Assembly: GCF_037042905.1 (NCBI RefSeq)
Contig: NC_087251.1
Coordinates: 40,488,001-40,552,000, forward strand
Direction of reading: 5' to 3'
DNA: 64,000 nucleotides
From: Lytechinus pictus
Lineage: Eukaryota
The position numbers were made by a program, and so were the translations under genes. Of this stretch, positions 37,479 to 51,068 are shown piece by piece. Position 1 is the first letter of the stretch. Each line of letters opens with the position of its first letter. The notes under the pieces were generated by a model, which was given only the letters and a program-made list of their open reading frames with translations, searched no databases and was not told where the DNA came from.

Positions 37479-38676
37479 ATTATTATTATTATTATCATCA
37501 TCCTGAAGAAGTTTAGAATCGAACTCTACTGCTGTACATGAAGATTTATAAAAAAATGATTACGCGTTTTGTAACTTGACATCTTGATGAGATATTCAAG
37601 TTTATCTTTAGGTTCCTTTAAAAAGAAATGAAATGTATCCCTTTGAGTCCATATAGATATAAGGGAGACTGGTTGAAGTACAGCCATTTACCTTCATCAC
37701 CAATACTTTTCTCCCGCCATATCGGGTTTACCATGAATATTTCTAAAGGGTGATTTATTTTCAAACATACATTTAACATTTTTCTCATTCTACTTTTTGA
37801 AAGGGATGGCTTCCAAATTAGTGTTCATGGATTTGAGGAAGTTTGTCTGATAATAATAACAGAAATATCCAATTTCCATCCTTATAAGAGCTTCATGTAG
37901 ATGCTATTCAGTTCGATGAAAGAAATTCTAACGCCCGTTTTTTCATTGATCCACATGGATACAAATTCGGTTTGGGTACTCACTGTTTTATTGGTAATTT
38001 CGTACTGAGGAACTTCAAGTATATGCCTAGCAGCGTATATGCACCGACATAGCTACGCATCTGGCTCATTTCATTATCCAATGAAAGTGACTTTGTCCGA
38101 AAGTGTTTGAAAGCTAGCTCTCATGCAGTTCTGGGCGCCATATAAAATGAGTGCTCTGAGATGGGAGTTATTATCAGTGCCTGTACTTGTAACAATCATG
38201 ACAATGATATCCTTTTCTCATTTTCTCTTCCTGCAGGATCATTACGGCTTGGAGCTGCAGGTACATAGATAAATGACTTGCTTTGTGTGCGTGGGATTCT
38301 CTAAGATGTCTGGTAAACTCTGAAATCTGCCGATAATTTCCGATGAAATTTTGAGTTTTTGGCAATCTAAGGACAAGCTCTGACTCATCATGAGAGAGAC
38401 AAGGATCTTTGGCTCACAATCAAGTCGATGTGTTTAAAGAAATAAATTCGCGAGTTTTGAGATTAGAATTTCTACCAAACAAGTTATGGGTAGTGCATAG
38501 TGTGTAGTCAGCAGGCCCCGAGCATGCTGAAGTAGAAGGCATGCATAGGTCAGAACAGTTACATCTCTGTTTATAATTACCATCTTAATGTTTTCTCGAC
38601 TTTTAGAAGTTTAAATACGTCGATGCATAGCCTTGTTCGAATACCTCTAACATTATGCTCATCCCTGACAAATCAA

Positions 38677-39302
38677 AGGGACATCCAACCCAAATAAAAA
38701 GCTTTTGTTTTGAGGAAAAGGAAAAATCAGACAGGTACATGTATATAGGTGGAAGTTTGAACAATATCGGACAAACAATAAGAAAGTTATGAATTTTTAA
38801 TTAAAAGTTTATTAAAAGAAAATTGTAATTACTATCAAATTGGCCGCATGTGGTGATGTCATAGTGATGTGAGCACTGATCTCCCCAATGGATGTACAGT
38901 AAGGCAAGGACTAATCTACCATTTACTCCAATACATAAAATGGCTAAAATGTCCCTTTTTGTTCAGTGTTGCCTCAGCCAATATCTTTTTTCTTTCACGA
39001 GGACATAAAACAATATATGCTACTTTGTTTTACTTTAATTACTGCTCATGGGAATAATTGTAGGTACTGCGTACATGTAGAAATCCATAATTCTGTTATG
39101 GCTTATGGGAAAGTTGTTCCTTTCTACCACTTGTAAGGAATTTTTCTATCATCAATTTAAATTGACATAGTCTTACGGATCTCAACTTTAAAACAGCCAT
39201 AACTTACTTATTGCTTGTCTGATTTCTGTTAAACTTTCACCATTCTATTTTACTGAATTTTCTCTCTCACACAACATTTTTCTGACCGGTTTGGGTTCCT
39301 CT
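38677..39302. mobile_element. Old Kolobok-like MITE
   Basis: AGGGACATCCAACCC / GGTTTGGGTTCCTCT ends and shared AAGAAAGTTATG subterminal motif. Confidence 0.55.
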
Positions 39303-40811
39303 TTGACTGTAATGAAGACTTGCTTTGCTAGAGTGAATATAATTGTATATCTTATAAGGATATAGTGTGTTTTACTTGAATATATATCGATTTGAACATA
39401 TTCAAAGATTGTTGAATGTTTTCATACGTCATCATTTTAGGTACCATGTATCACATCATGCATTTGCATAACATTCCCCAAAAAGAACTGTTTTCACATG
39501 TTTTCTAAAATGTCTTTATGAATATACCGTTATATTCTTCATTTAACATTAATGTTTGATATAATGTTTAGTCTGAAATATTGTATTTTCTTGTAAAAAC
39601 GTTAAGTTATTATGTTTTCGAAATCTTATGATAACATTTCTAAAAACGCCTCCAAACTATAGCTTTTAAAACATGTCGATTGTCATTTTTAAATGTTTTT
39701 TACCATACGTAATTACGTATTAACCATACGTGTTGATGTTTAACAGTCTTTATAGCATTCAGCTATACTGTACACATACGGTACACCACACACATGTATT
39801 TTAAAGAGGGCTAAATTTTCGAAACGGTGTGCTATTTGCCGGGGCTATTTGTGATTTAGAGAGCGAGCAAAACAATTATCATTTTATTTTTACCAATTTA
39901 AATCGTGTCATTATATTTGTGGTGAGAAAAGAATCTACACGTAAATATCTTTATTCCTAGCACCTCAATTCGCGCCTATATAGTCGCAAGTCTACACATG
40001 GGATAATTGAAAAGCAGTTTATTTTTAAAGTTTTGATTGTAGTGTAGCATTTTTGGCTTGGTAGAAAATGCTTATGTACATTGACGGCACGCGTTGCCGT
40101 TTGTATCAACCCTTTTAAATCACATGTTAAGTAATTGCTATGTCTTGCCTCCTCATGACTGATATGTGTTTATTTATGTCATTTCTTTATTTAAACCAGG
40201 ACAATTTAACATTTTGCATTCCATTCCTTAGTAAGTAATTTAATCAATATCGCTTAATAGCATTGTATATTGATCAGGCGTATAACTTTTATATTTTACA
40301 TATTTTGCTCTCCCTTAATTCTGAAAGGCGGTCAGTATTGCAAATGATATTGCACGTCACGTCCTGGCTTGTTAAATTATCATAAAGGTGATGGAAAGGG
40401 AGCGATAAATGATAAAGAAGGAAAGAATTTTAAAAAGTGAAATACCAGTAGTGGCAAACATACTGTAATTTATTCGTCACCAACTGTATATAGCCTACAT
40501 GTACGTGTAAATAAAAACATTTTTGACTGTAGCCCAATGCATTTGGAACGCAGGAAGCAATGATATACATGTATTTGATTTCTTTCGAGCGGAAATGTCT
40601 ATTAGCGAAGAATTAGACGGATAATTCTAGAAAATCCAGTTGTGTAGCAGTTGTGAAATAGCAGATAGTGAAATGTTAATGTGTGGTGTTAGTTTCCTTG
40701 ATTACATGTACTTAGAGGTCCTTTCTTTAATGAGATAAGACGCGAAGGCTTGTGATTTGGCTCGTATCTCGTGGCTACACGTTTAAAATCATAGATCAAG
40801 CAATATTATGT

Positions 40812-40813
40812 AT

Positions 40814-40849
<36 letters not shown>

Positions 40850-41030
40850 GAGCATTTATATTGCGATGCTACTATAATGAAATATTCTGCTGCGTATAAC
40901 AAAATGAATGATACAATATAGAGTATTACTGAAAAGAGAAGTCTTAAAATGCATTTTGAACATACTAACATTGGGTGTTTCCCTTATAGATTGTGGGAGT
41001 GTGTTACATAATTTGGGAGCCGCATGATTA
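40812..41030 (-). mobile_element. 5'-truncated L2/CR1-group LINE 3' end
   Basis: Minus-strand translation AAPKLCNTLPQSIRETPNVSMFKMHFKTSLF resembles the L2-type ORF2 C-terminus; followed by an (ATT)n tail at ~40815-40845. Confidence 0.65.
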
Positions 41031-41207
41031 TTATGCAAATGCTCTATCACCAAGGGTAGGTTTTGATCTTCCAAGAGGATATTTCAAAAGTGTGTTAACT
41101 TTTGAACTAACCAGACAGTCATTATTCGTTTGCATGATGAGATTGACATTATTTTGAGATTCCAACGCACGTGGGGAGTTCGAAAAAGACAAACAAATTG
41201 TAATTTA

Positions 41208-41477
41208 GGGCCTTTTCACACGTGAATCTCGAATAATCATTGTGTTTAGAATAGTCGTACCTTTCACACGCTCACTTGAAAACTGTGATTTGAGTGAAAT
41301 TTAACTGGAATTCACCTCCGGAGTAGAATTTAAATTTGTGATTGTGATTAGCGTTCGTGATTCTATTCATGTTATGGTTTGGTTTCACACGTACTAAAAA
41401 AAAAATCGCCATTATAGCCTTATTTTTCACTGGAATCATCATTGAAATAACGAGTTTGTTTTACCGTGTTAAAGGGC
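41208..41477. mobile_element. Short Harbinger-like MITE
   Basis: GGGCCTTTTCACACG / CGTGTTAAAGGGC imperfect TIR. Confidence 0.4.
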
Positions 41478-42397
41478 GGCAAGACGAGTGGATAGGTGAA
41501 AGTGGAGCCTACACGTTTTAACTATCCACGAATCTTGACCTGGCTCCTGTATTACTAGAGTGTGCGATAAATCGCTATTAAAGAACTATTTTGATTGGTT
41601 GCTAGTTGGTCTTTTGAACTAGATTTTACAAAAAGCAATGATCTCAATTGGCGATTGCAATTCTACTTTTTGTTTGACGAAATATATACCTTCTAAAATA
41701 TGATGTATGTATCTGTTTCACTGAAACTTTATACTCGTATGCAGAAAATATGATGTGGTTAAGGGAAATTTAAACGGCCAATAAACAACCTGCCATCCTT
41801 TTACTGAGAATAGACATGTATTATATTGTCTATACATTTCAATCATCAAATTATGATTAAAGTTTTATATATGCCAGGTTTCCCTTCGGAGCTGCCACAA
41901 GTTCTGTTAAAGTATTTGAATTAAAAGCTTCGATCTTGTACAATTTACCGAGAATATGTTCGTTATGGTTTCATTATTCTGCTCCTTTTTGCAATTATAG
42001 TTCATGAAGATGTAAAGTGAGAGAGGAATTGACACGGTTTACGATAATATAGTGAAATGGAAGCGTGTAAGTATGAAAGAGTGATCTTTGGATAAGACAG
42101 TTGTGAATATCAATTTGAAGCTCACGATTGGGGATGCAAACATCGTATATCATTACTTGTTATTCCAAACTTTGAGATGCATATTTCATAGTGTTGCCGT
42201 GCATTGATGCTCTGACCATTGATAACCACCTCATTCTTTACCATAAGACATATTTTCAATGCCTTTGCCTTAAGGATTTGAAACCCGAAAACCCAAGGCA
42301 TATTGAATGCACTTTTTGATTTTGTAGATGGTAAGTGATAATGACAAACATCGTCACCATAATACTGCTACAATGCTTTTATATCAAGTTAACTATA

Positions 42398-43352
42398 CAG
42401 TACGTATCAAAAAAAAGTTTACACTTAGAAATAATCATTGTAATTGAAAAAAAAAATTGTAATATCCTGTCCACATTTGTACATTGGCACGGATCCCTTT
42501 AAGCGAATGACGATATAGCTGGCGAGAAAAATCTTTCCGCTTGAGTGAGCATCACTTACTTTTGAAAAGTTCGTGAAAACGATTTGCGCAGAGTTTGGAA
42601 ATAGTTATAGGGATAAAAAGTGGATACGTTAATCATGAAGAACGCTTGGACTTAAGCTAACAAGATTGATTTGGAGCTAGGAACCTTTTACTTTTTTAAA
42701 TTATTTTCTTTCCCAAAACACTCTACCGAACACCAAGCGCCCCCCCCCCCCCCACACACACACCGAGGTCATCTGCTTTACACGGAGCATGACATGAAAT
42801 GGAGTAGGCGGTATTTTTCTTTTTGTTAATCATTATCATGCTTGGGAAAAGTGTGGAGAAAAAGTATTAAATGAAATATGAAATGTAAACACACTGTAAA
42901 TAAAAAAAGTGAAAAAACGCTGGGGATGTCTGAAATAATCTTTTATTTACGTTCAGTTATGTCCTCAGATCCAGCTGGCAAACACAATGTAAAAGATTGT
43001 TCTTATAGGGTTAAAATGGTAATTTGGGTGACAAAGTTGTTACAAAATGTTAAAATGTATCTGTTTTATTTAAGTTGGCAGAAAACACAAAAGAAATAAA
43101 TGAGAAATATACCGCACGGTCAGTTTGTTTTCGCCGTTTTTCCATGACTCGGCCTGAAAATGAGCATTTCTGCGCTAACCAATATCTTCGAGCTTATAAA
43201 ACTGGACAGTACTCACTTAAGTGTAACATTCTGCCAGCATTTTACTTTCATTTGATAGATGAGACCCAAACCCAATAATACATGTAAAAAATGCATCTTT
43301 TTCAATTCCCAGGACTTCTCTATAAGTGTAAACCTTTTATTGATACGCTCTC
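42398..43352. mobile_element. Tc1/mariner-like MITE
   Basis: TA|CAGTACGTATCAAAAAAAAGTTTACACTTA ... TAAGTGTAAACCTTTTATTGATACG; TA flanks. Confidence 0.7.
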
Positions 43353-44029
43353 TATAGAGAAGTAATAGCATAGCAGAAGTATATGTAGAAATAACAAAAA
43401 TCACTGGTAATAATATCAGAAGGGCCATGGCTGATTCCGCCACTATACTACTAACACTCCAATAACTCTTACTTGTAAGGATAACGTTAATAATTATGAT
43501 GAGGATTGGTAAATTAGTATATGGGAAACATATTCCTATCATCCTACTCTGTATATGCCCTTAAGATGTATACTTCCCAAAATTTGGCAAGTTCCGACTC
43601 GGAGTCCTCGTATAAGACACAGTAGAAGTCCGGATCTATTCTAAGTTAGTTGAGCCACATGGCTGATTTGCTTGTTTGTTATGTTAAAACAGTAGTCGAG
43701 TAGGCCTACATCTTATTTAAGGCACTTGCCGGTTTAAAACAAAACTCGAATTTCAATTTCATTTTATTTTTCCAGTACGTTTGTCCCATTGAAGACACCG
43801 TTAGAAAAAAAATCGCACCGAAATTAAAAAAATCGCCAAAAATAAAAAACGCGTGTGATTACCAACGCGACGCGAGTGATTACGAACGCGAGTGAATATA
43901 ATAAGCCCCCCCCGGGGGCACTTCCATTGACGAGTGGATACCATGCGCGACCATGGGGTCTCGAAAAGCACCCTAAACAAGTATTTTCCATATTCTGAAA
44001 ATGCACCCCTTGTGAAAACCTACCCTTAA

Positions 44030-44632
44030 AGGACAAGTCCACCCCAACAACATGTTGATTTGAATAAAAAGAGAAAAATCCAACGAGCATAACTCTGAAA
44101 ATTTCATCAAAATCGGATGTAAAATAAGAAAGTTATGATATTTTTAAGTTTCGCTTAATTTCACATAATAGTTATATGCACATCCTGGTCGGTATGCAAA
44201 TGAGGGAACTGATGACATCACTCAATCACTTTTTCTTTTGTATTTTATAATTTGAAATATGAAATATTCTAACTTTCTCCTCATTGTCCTGTGAAACAAA
44301 GTTTTATTTCTCACTGAACATGTGGCGTTACCATTGCTTAACATTATATGGTTTAGTCAAGTTGGTCCTTATTGTCAAATCTGTAATAATTGAAATATTG
44401 TATAATTCAAACAATAAAAAACAAAAGAAATAGTGAGTGAGGGACATCATCGATTCTCTCATATGCATGTGACTAAATTGTGCATAGAACTATTTTGTGA
44501 AAAATAAGCAAAATTTCAAAATGTCATAACTTTCTTATTTTACTTCCGATTTTGATGAAATTTTCAGCATTATCTTGTCTGATTTTTCTCTGTTATTTCA
44601 AAACAACTTTTTTTCTGAGGTGAACTTGACCT
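44030..44632. mobile_element. Kolobok-like MITE, inserted in another repeat that starts CCCGGGGG at ~43910
   Basis: TTAA TSD (44026-44029, 44633-44636); near-identical reverse complement of 57000-57600. Confidence 0.85.
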
Positions 44633-44944
44633 TTAACAAGTATTGGAAACAAAACGATACTCTTGGCAAGTATTTCCTGAATTGAACCCCTTAACAAGTA
44701 CAGCGATATTTTATATGCCACGGACCTCGGTTTTACTTTGTCACGGGGGTCCATGCTGACACATAGTTGTGAGGGAGATCACTGCACGTCATAGTAGCAG
44801 TGCAGACTTTGAAAACATCCATGATGAATAATTATTCCCCAAAATACCTTTCATATGATAATAAAATGCTAAATCCATTGACCCTTATAACCTAGTCCAA
44901 GTTTCATTCGACAGATCCATTTACTTTCTAAGCATTTCCAACAC

Positions 44945-45043
44945 TAATAACCTTGGTTAAGATTTTAATGTTGACGACGCCGCCTCCGCCGTCTGAAAAG
45001 CGGCGCCTATAGCCTCGCTCTGCTTTATGCAGGCGGGACAAAA
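44945..45043 (-). mobile_element. 5' end of HINE-like element
   Basis: Reverse complement of the 3979-4105 head (…AAAAGCGGCGCCTATAG…GCAGGCGGGACAAAAA). Confidence 0.6.
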
Positions 45044-48000
45044 ACTGTTTTTGCGTGTGTTTTATTTTTTTTTGGAAAAAGGGGTAGTCCTTGGGTACTC
45101 CGGGCTGAAAATAATTAAATCTGAATAAAATATAATAAAATTCCCCAAATCAAACGCTGAAAATTCATCAAAATCTGATAACAAATTATCGGATAACAAA
45201 TCACGAAATTATTTTACAATATTTTGTGAAAACTGGGCTAGCCGTCATATGCACTCAGTCATGTATGTGGGCTGATAGTTTATATCCCCAAAGTCCTTTT
45301 TTATGTTTGAAATCACACTTATTTAATATATCATTTTCAAACATCCATGGCAAGTGTGTATGATAAGTCCATTGCAACAAAATAAGTTGCTGAAATGAAT
45401 ATTTTATGTAGTAAATCAGTTATTAATCCATTATTTTTATTCTTGGTGGAAAAATGAATAAGATTTCTTTACAATAACATATAAAAGAACAAGTGCGGAT
45501 ATGGCATCATCGGCTTGCTCATTACATGTTCATGAAGACAGGCCTAGACCGGTTTCTCTGAATAATGCGAAGCTTTAAAATGTAACTTTCTTATTCCTTT
45601 CCCGATTTGGATGTAATTTTCAGTGTGTTTGTTTATCTGATTTTACTCTATTCAAACCACATTACTTTCTGCATGATGAACCCCCTTCAAACTGAATTAC
45701 GTTTCAGATTTATTTTCACAAGACTATGTACTACAGATATAAAAACTTTTAAAAAGGGGAGCGCGAAGCGCGAGCTGAAAATGAGCCATATCCTGCCGGT
45801 ATTCACGGTTCTTTCCTTTTCATGCCTGCTGCTAAAGTTTAAATCTCTCTTCTTTTGTATCTTCTACACTTTGTTAAAACATAAACATGAATAAAGACTT
45901 CTATCGAATACTAAGTGATATTTATTTTTAAAATGTAGAATGAACGGGACGCCACTTGCGCTTGGTTGCGGGAAGGGGTAAATTTTGTTTTTTAAATGTA
46001 AAAGTTGGACATAACGGTAAACTCGAAGTGAACGTAGAGAGTGGCAATGTTACTCATTCTTACTTATGTTACTTATTCTCAAACAAGTGAAAACAAAACG
46101 TCATGAATTGACGGAACAAGAATACCAGAAATTTTTTCACGGTTTGGCGTTTATTTATTTTTTTCTTCAAAGTCACTCGATCACTTCACTGTCACAATGT
46201 ATTTACAAGACCACCAGAAAAGAGATTAATTTAAAGTATGTCTTCAAATCATAACATTTACATATCAAAAATAATGTTTAACTGTATGGAGTAAATGGTA
46301 ATAAAGATAATTTAAAGTGGTACCTTTTGAACATAGTAATTGATAAAATATATTTCGTTTTAATCAAAACACAAAATACTGTCATTTGCTGTGGCCTTAC
46401 AATCTCTGTATATACTGAGAATCCATTGGCGTGACTGATATATACATAGCAATACTGACGCATTGGCAAGGTAATTTTGTCTTCTTATACGTAAAAATGA
46501 AAACATACATCAAACATTTACAACATACACATTTTGATTATGAATTTGGGAGAAAAGATCAAAACCTAATCTGCAATTAACAAACACACACATTCAAACC
46601 CAAATAAACACTGAAGTTTCTACAATTTATAATGTTCTGTGTTATCAAAAGAAAACAAGAATATTCCTATACTTTAAATCAGTCTTTGCTAGTAATATGT
46701 CATGGCCAAATATTTCGCAGTACCCGCAGAGCATTATAAACCCGAAAGAAAAAGATGAGGAACATCGAAGAAAACAGGCGCAATTACTTTCACAACAAAA
46801 TTTGTAACTACATACACATAACACAGCAAAAATGGTTCGGCACATTATGTTATCCCGATACACGCGTTATTCAGTTTTGACCAAACAATATACTATAAAT
46901 ATTCATATCTAGCTTCATTTTCCCCCTTAGCGTTTATTTGGGGTGCCTCATAGTACAACTGGTCACAAATGTTAGAGATTATCGCTATAGATGGTTTCTC
47001 TTGAGAGGGGAAGGGGGTGTACATGAAAATCATTTGGTTCCTTTCCCGCAAGATGCGGCTTCGGGTTACCCAGTTTTTCTTTCAGCTCTAAAAAAATGCA
47101 TATAGGCGCCTATATCAAAATTCGGCGATAAAGTTTTAATATCCCTTTCAAGGGTCAGAATCGGTGTTAACGAATTCATGCAAGAAGATACATTGTTGTA
47201 TGTTTAAATTATAACCTCCCAAACATTACATTAGTCCCATACCGTATCTCCAATCCTTGTGTCATGCCTTGCGATTCACTAGAATGACGAATACCCAATT
47301 CTACCCAACATTATTTGGTCAAAATTAAAAAATTAAAAAAAACACGTGCATGAATGTCTATTTGTTCGTGGAGTAATATCGCGAAAAATAATGATCAACT
47401 TAGGACACACCCACCAAAACCCAAATTACGAAGTGACAGGGACAAACGAAGTTTTTTTGGTCGCAAGAAGATCGATTGTGCGTTAGCGACATCATGTACA
47501 GAAAAAAAGTTTTGAATCGTTTGCAGTAAGACTGAAAGCAAAATGACAAGATTACAAGAAAATAAAGAGGGAATAGCCGCACACTTAATCAAATAAGCAG
47601 CGAAGGAAGACGATAGGCCTATTAAAATGAAGAATCGACTGTATACATCATCTAGTGTAGAGTTATATATTATACTGTTCATATTATCTAGCAGAGGTGT
47701 CGTGGTGTAGGATGAGAAAGTTATTGTATGTTTGAATTTGCCAGCGCCTTTTGAGGCTGCGATGAATGCAAGGAATGCTCCCAAGAATTGGAAATTGTGC
47801 ACTTCCGGGATTGAAATGAATCCAATGACCGGGGAAATAATATGCTATAACGCGCTTTGAGTCGAATATGGGAAAAGCGTTATTAAAAACTGGCTATTAT
47901 TATCATTTGACTGCGCTGCTCGCTGACTAAAGCAAGGTTTCCACTTTGGCGAGTTAACATCGCGAGTTATGGCGAGTTATAGCGAGTTGCCAAAATGAGG

Positions 48001-48489
48001 CACTCGCGATAACTCGCATAAAGCTCACCATGAAACTCGGGATAACTCGCGACAACTCGGCATGGCTCGGCGGAGCTCGTTCAAGCTCGGGACAACTCTC
48101 CATGAAATCGTGAGCAGTTTCTAAATTTTTGAACATGTTCAAAAAATTTGCTAACTCGCTGTAACTCGTGCTGAACTCACCTAAACTCGTTATATACTCG
48201 CAGTACTCGCAATAACTCGTAAGAAGCTCGAGATAAACTCACAATAACTCGTAATAACTCGCCACATCTGAGTATACGCGAGTGCGTTCCGAGTTTTCAA
48301 GAGCGAGATACGAGCATTGCGATCGTTTTACGAATCAACTGGAGGTGCCTACGAGATTAGCGCGACTTTAGATCGAGCACCCCGAGTTACAGCGAGTTTC
48401 GTATGAGTTTATACCGAGTGCGTGGCAAGTGCTCAGAGGCATGCCAGCTGAATGATAAATGTCCAGTGATCTATATTTCCCCCACATCT

Positions 48490-49704
48490 AAACCCCTCAA
48501 GAAAAGTTTGGAAATCTGAGTTTGGCCATTGATTTCTCCCAACTCCAAAATTTACACATTGCATATTTGACATCATTAAAAAGGTCATTCAATTTTCTTT
48601 ACAATGATACCATGCTTATTATGACCATGCCATCGTGAAAAGAGCAGGATTCAAAAGTGTTGGATGAAGTCTGAATTGAAAAGCTGCAAAACGAGCAAAA
48701 ACGTTTAGAAATCTGAGTTTGGCCATTAATTTCTCTAGACTCCAAATTTTACACAATGCATATTTGATATCTTTCAAAAGATCATTTGATTCTCTTTAAA
48801 ATGATCCCATGCTTGTTATGATCATGCCATAAAAAAAGAGCAAAATTGAAAAGTGTTTGATGAGGTGTGAAGTAAAAAGCTGCAAAACGAGCAGAAATAA
48901 TCATGAAGGGTCAATACAGAACATGATTCTTTTGTCTGCTGTGTCAATAAAGATGAAAATACATTCAAATCAAACCCCTGCTTTTTCATTTCATAATGTT
49001 TTGTTGTGGTTTATGTTTGTTTGTTGTGCGTTTGCTTGTAAAAATAATATTAAAAAAAATAATAATAAAATAATAAAAAATAAAATAATATGGAGCTTTT
49101 ATATAGCGCTTAATACAATGCAGTTTCTAAGCGCTTGTTCAGAGGTGTGTTTGATTTCCATTTGAATGTTGATGTTAACTAGGTGCATGAAAACAATTGC
49201 TGAGAATCTCACTCATCATCATGGAAGAAAAGAACAGTGACTTTCAATATTGTGTCATTTTCAAATTTTTAATTTTGACTTTGCCCCACATTTCAAGGCA
49301 CTGCACCTCCATGTGAGTCAAATACATATCATGGAAAGTATCACTTTAAAGAAAATTAAATAATCTATTCATTGATATCAATTCAACATTGATATTTACT
49401 AAAACCGAGGCGGGATTACCGATCAAACTCAAAAGAAACCGCTTAAAAAACTCACTCATCACCACGGAAAAAGGAACAGTGACTTTCAATATTGTGTCAC
49501 TTTGCAACTTAATTTTGAATTTTGACTTTGCCCCACATTTCAAGGCACTGCACCTCCATGTGAACCATAATCATATCATGTAGGGTATCATTTTAAAGAA
49601 AATTAAATGATCTATTCATTGATATTAATAACAATTGATATTTACTAAAACCGAGGAGGGAGTTTTGATTAAAGTCGGATTTCCAAACTTTTTTTGAGGA
49701 GTTC
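48490..49704. mobile_element. TIR MITE with internal tandem duplications, nested in the Harbinger-like element
   Basis: CCTCAAGAAAAGTTTGGAAATC / GATTTCCAAACTTTTTTTGAGG; ~200-bp duplication (48510/48708) and ~240-bp duplication (49210/49452). Confidence 0.65.
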
Positions 49705-49986
49705 ATTTTAAAGTGAGAGCACATTTTAACTGACCCACGCAATGTACACGTACTTTTAAAAAGGCTGTTGCCACTGCATTATTACAACTTTCAACAAATA
49801 AGGAGAGAAATATGCCTCGATCCAAAAGATCCAAGAGTTGTGGCCATTCAGGTAGGGAAACAGCGAAAGAAGATGACATTCAAACAAGGGTAGAAGAAGT
49901 GCAGGAAGAGAAAATTGAAACGAAAGAGGAGGTCAATGACGAGCAGAGCCAAGGTAAAAGAACAAGACATCAAACTAGACAAGATC

Positions 49987-51068
49987 CAAGTGGAGCGCCT
50001 CTGGCAGTCTCACCTGCATCACGCTATCCAATATAGAAGCAGTGCTGACTCTGAAAACTACTATAAAATAATTATTCACAAAAACACCATTCATACAATG
50101 ATACAATACTACGTTCATTGACAATAAATGACATTTGACCTTTATCATGTGACCTAAGACCTATATCCACATTTTATAAACTGTATCTAAACTTTGAAAG
50201 TCATGACAGCAATATAGTATTAATCTCCAAAATGGCCAAAGTTCAATAACCTTAAATGACCTTTGACTTTGGTCATGTGACCTGAAACTGGCATGAGATG
50301 TTCGGTGATACTTGACTACTCTAATATCCAAGTTGATGAATCATATTCATAATCTTTCAAAGTTATGATGGTAATTCAACAAATATCCCCAACAAGGCCA
50401 AAGTTCATTGACCTTAAATGACCTTTGACCTTCGTCATGTGACCTGAAACTTGCACAGGATGTTCAGGAATACTTGATTACTCTTATATCCAAGATTCAT
50501 GAATCAGATCTATAAACTTTCAAAGTTATGATGGTAATTCAGCAGATCACCCGAACATCTCTAAAGTTCATTGACCTTTGACCTTGGACATGTGACCTGA
50601 TATCCGCACAGGATATTTAGTGATTCCTGATTACTCTTATGTTCAAGTTTCATGAATCAGATTCATAAACTTTCAAAGTTATAATGTTAATTTAACAAAT
50701 ACCCCCAATTGGCCAAAGTCCATTGACCCTAATTGACCTTTGACCTTAGTCATGTGACTTGAAACTCAAGCAGGATGTTTATATACTTTAATAACCTTAT
50801 GTCCACGTTTCATGAACTAGGTTCATATATTTTCTAAGTTATGATGACATTTCAAAAACTTAACCGTAGGTTAAGATTTTGATGTTGATTCCCTAAACAT
50901 GGTCTAAGTTCATTGACCATAAATGACCTCTGACCTTGGTCTTGTGACCTGAAACTCGAGAAGGATGTTTAGTAATGCTTGATGAACCTTAATACTTTCT
51001 AAGCTATGATGCCATTTCAAAAACTTAACCTTCGGTTAAGATTTGGTGTTGACGCCGACGCCGCCGGC
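49987..51068 (-). mobile_element. HINE-like element nested in the Harbinger-like element
   Basis: Reverse complement of the 3979-4965 family: 3' end CAAGTGGAGCGCCTCTGGCAGTCTCACCTGCAT, internal TGACCTTTGACC units, GCC microsatellite; extreme 5' end missing. Confidence 0.75.

Noticed and set aside
47395..47802. 135-aa hydrophobic minus-strand ORF
   Set aside because: No recognisable family motif or supporting splice structure; plausible by chance.
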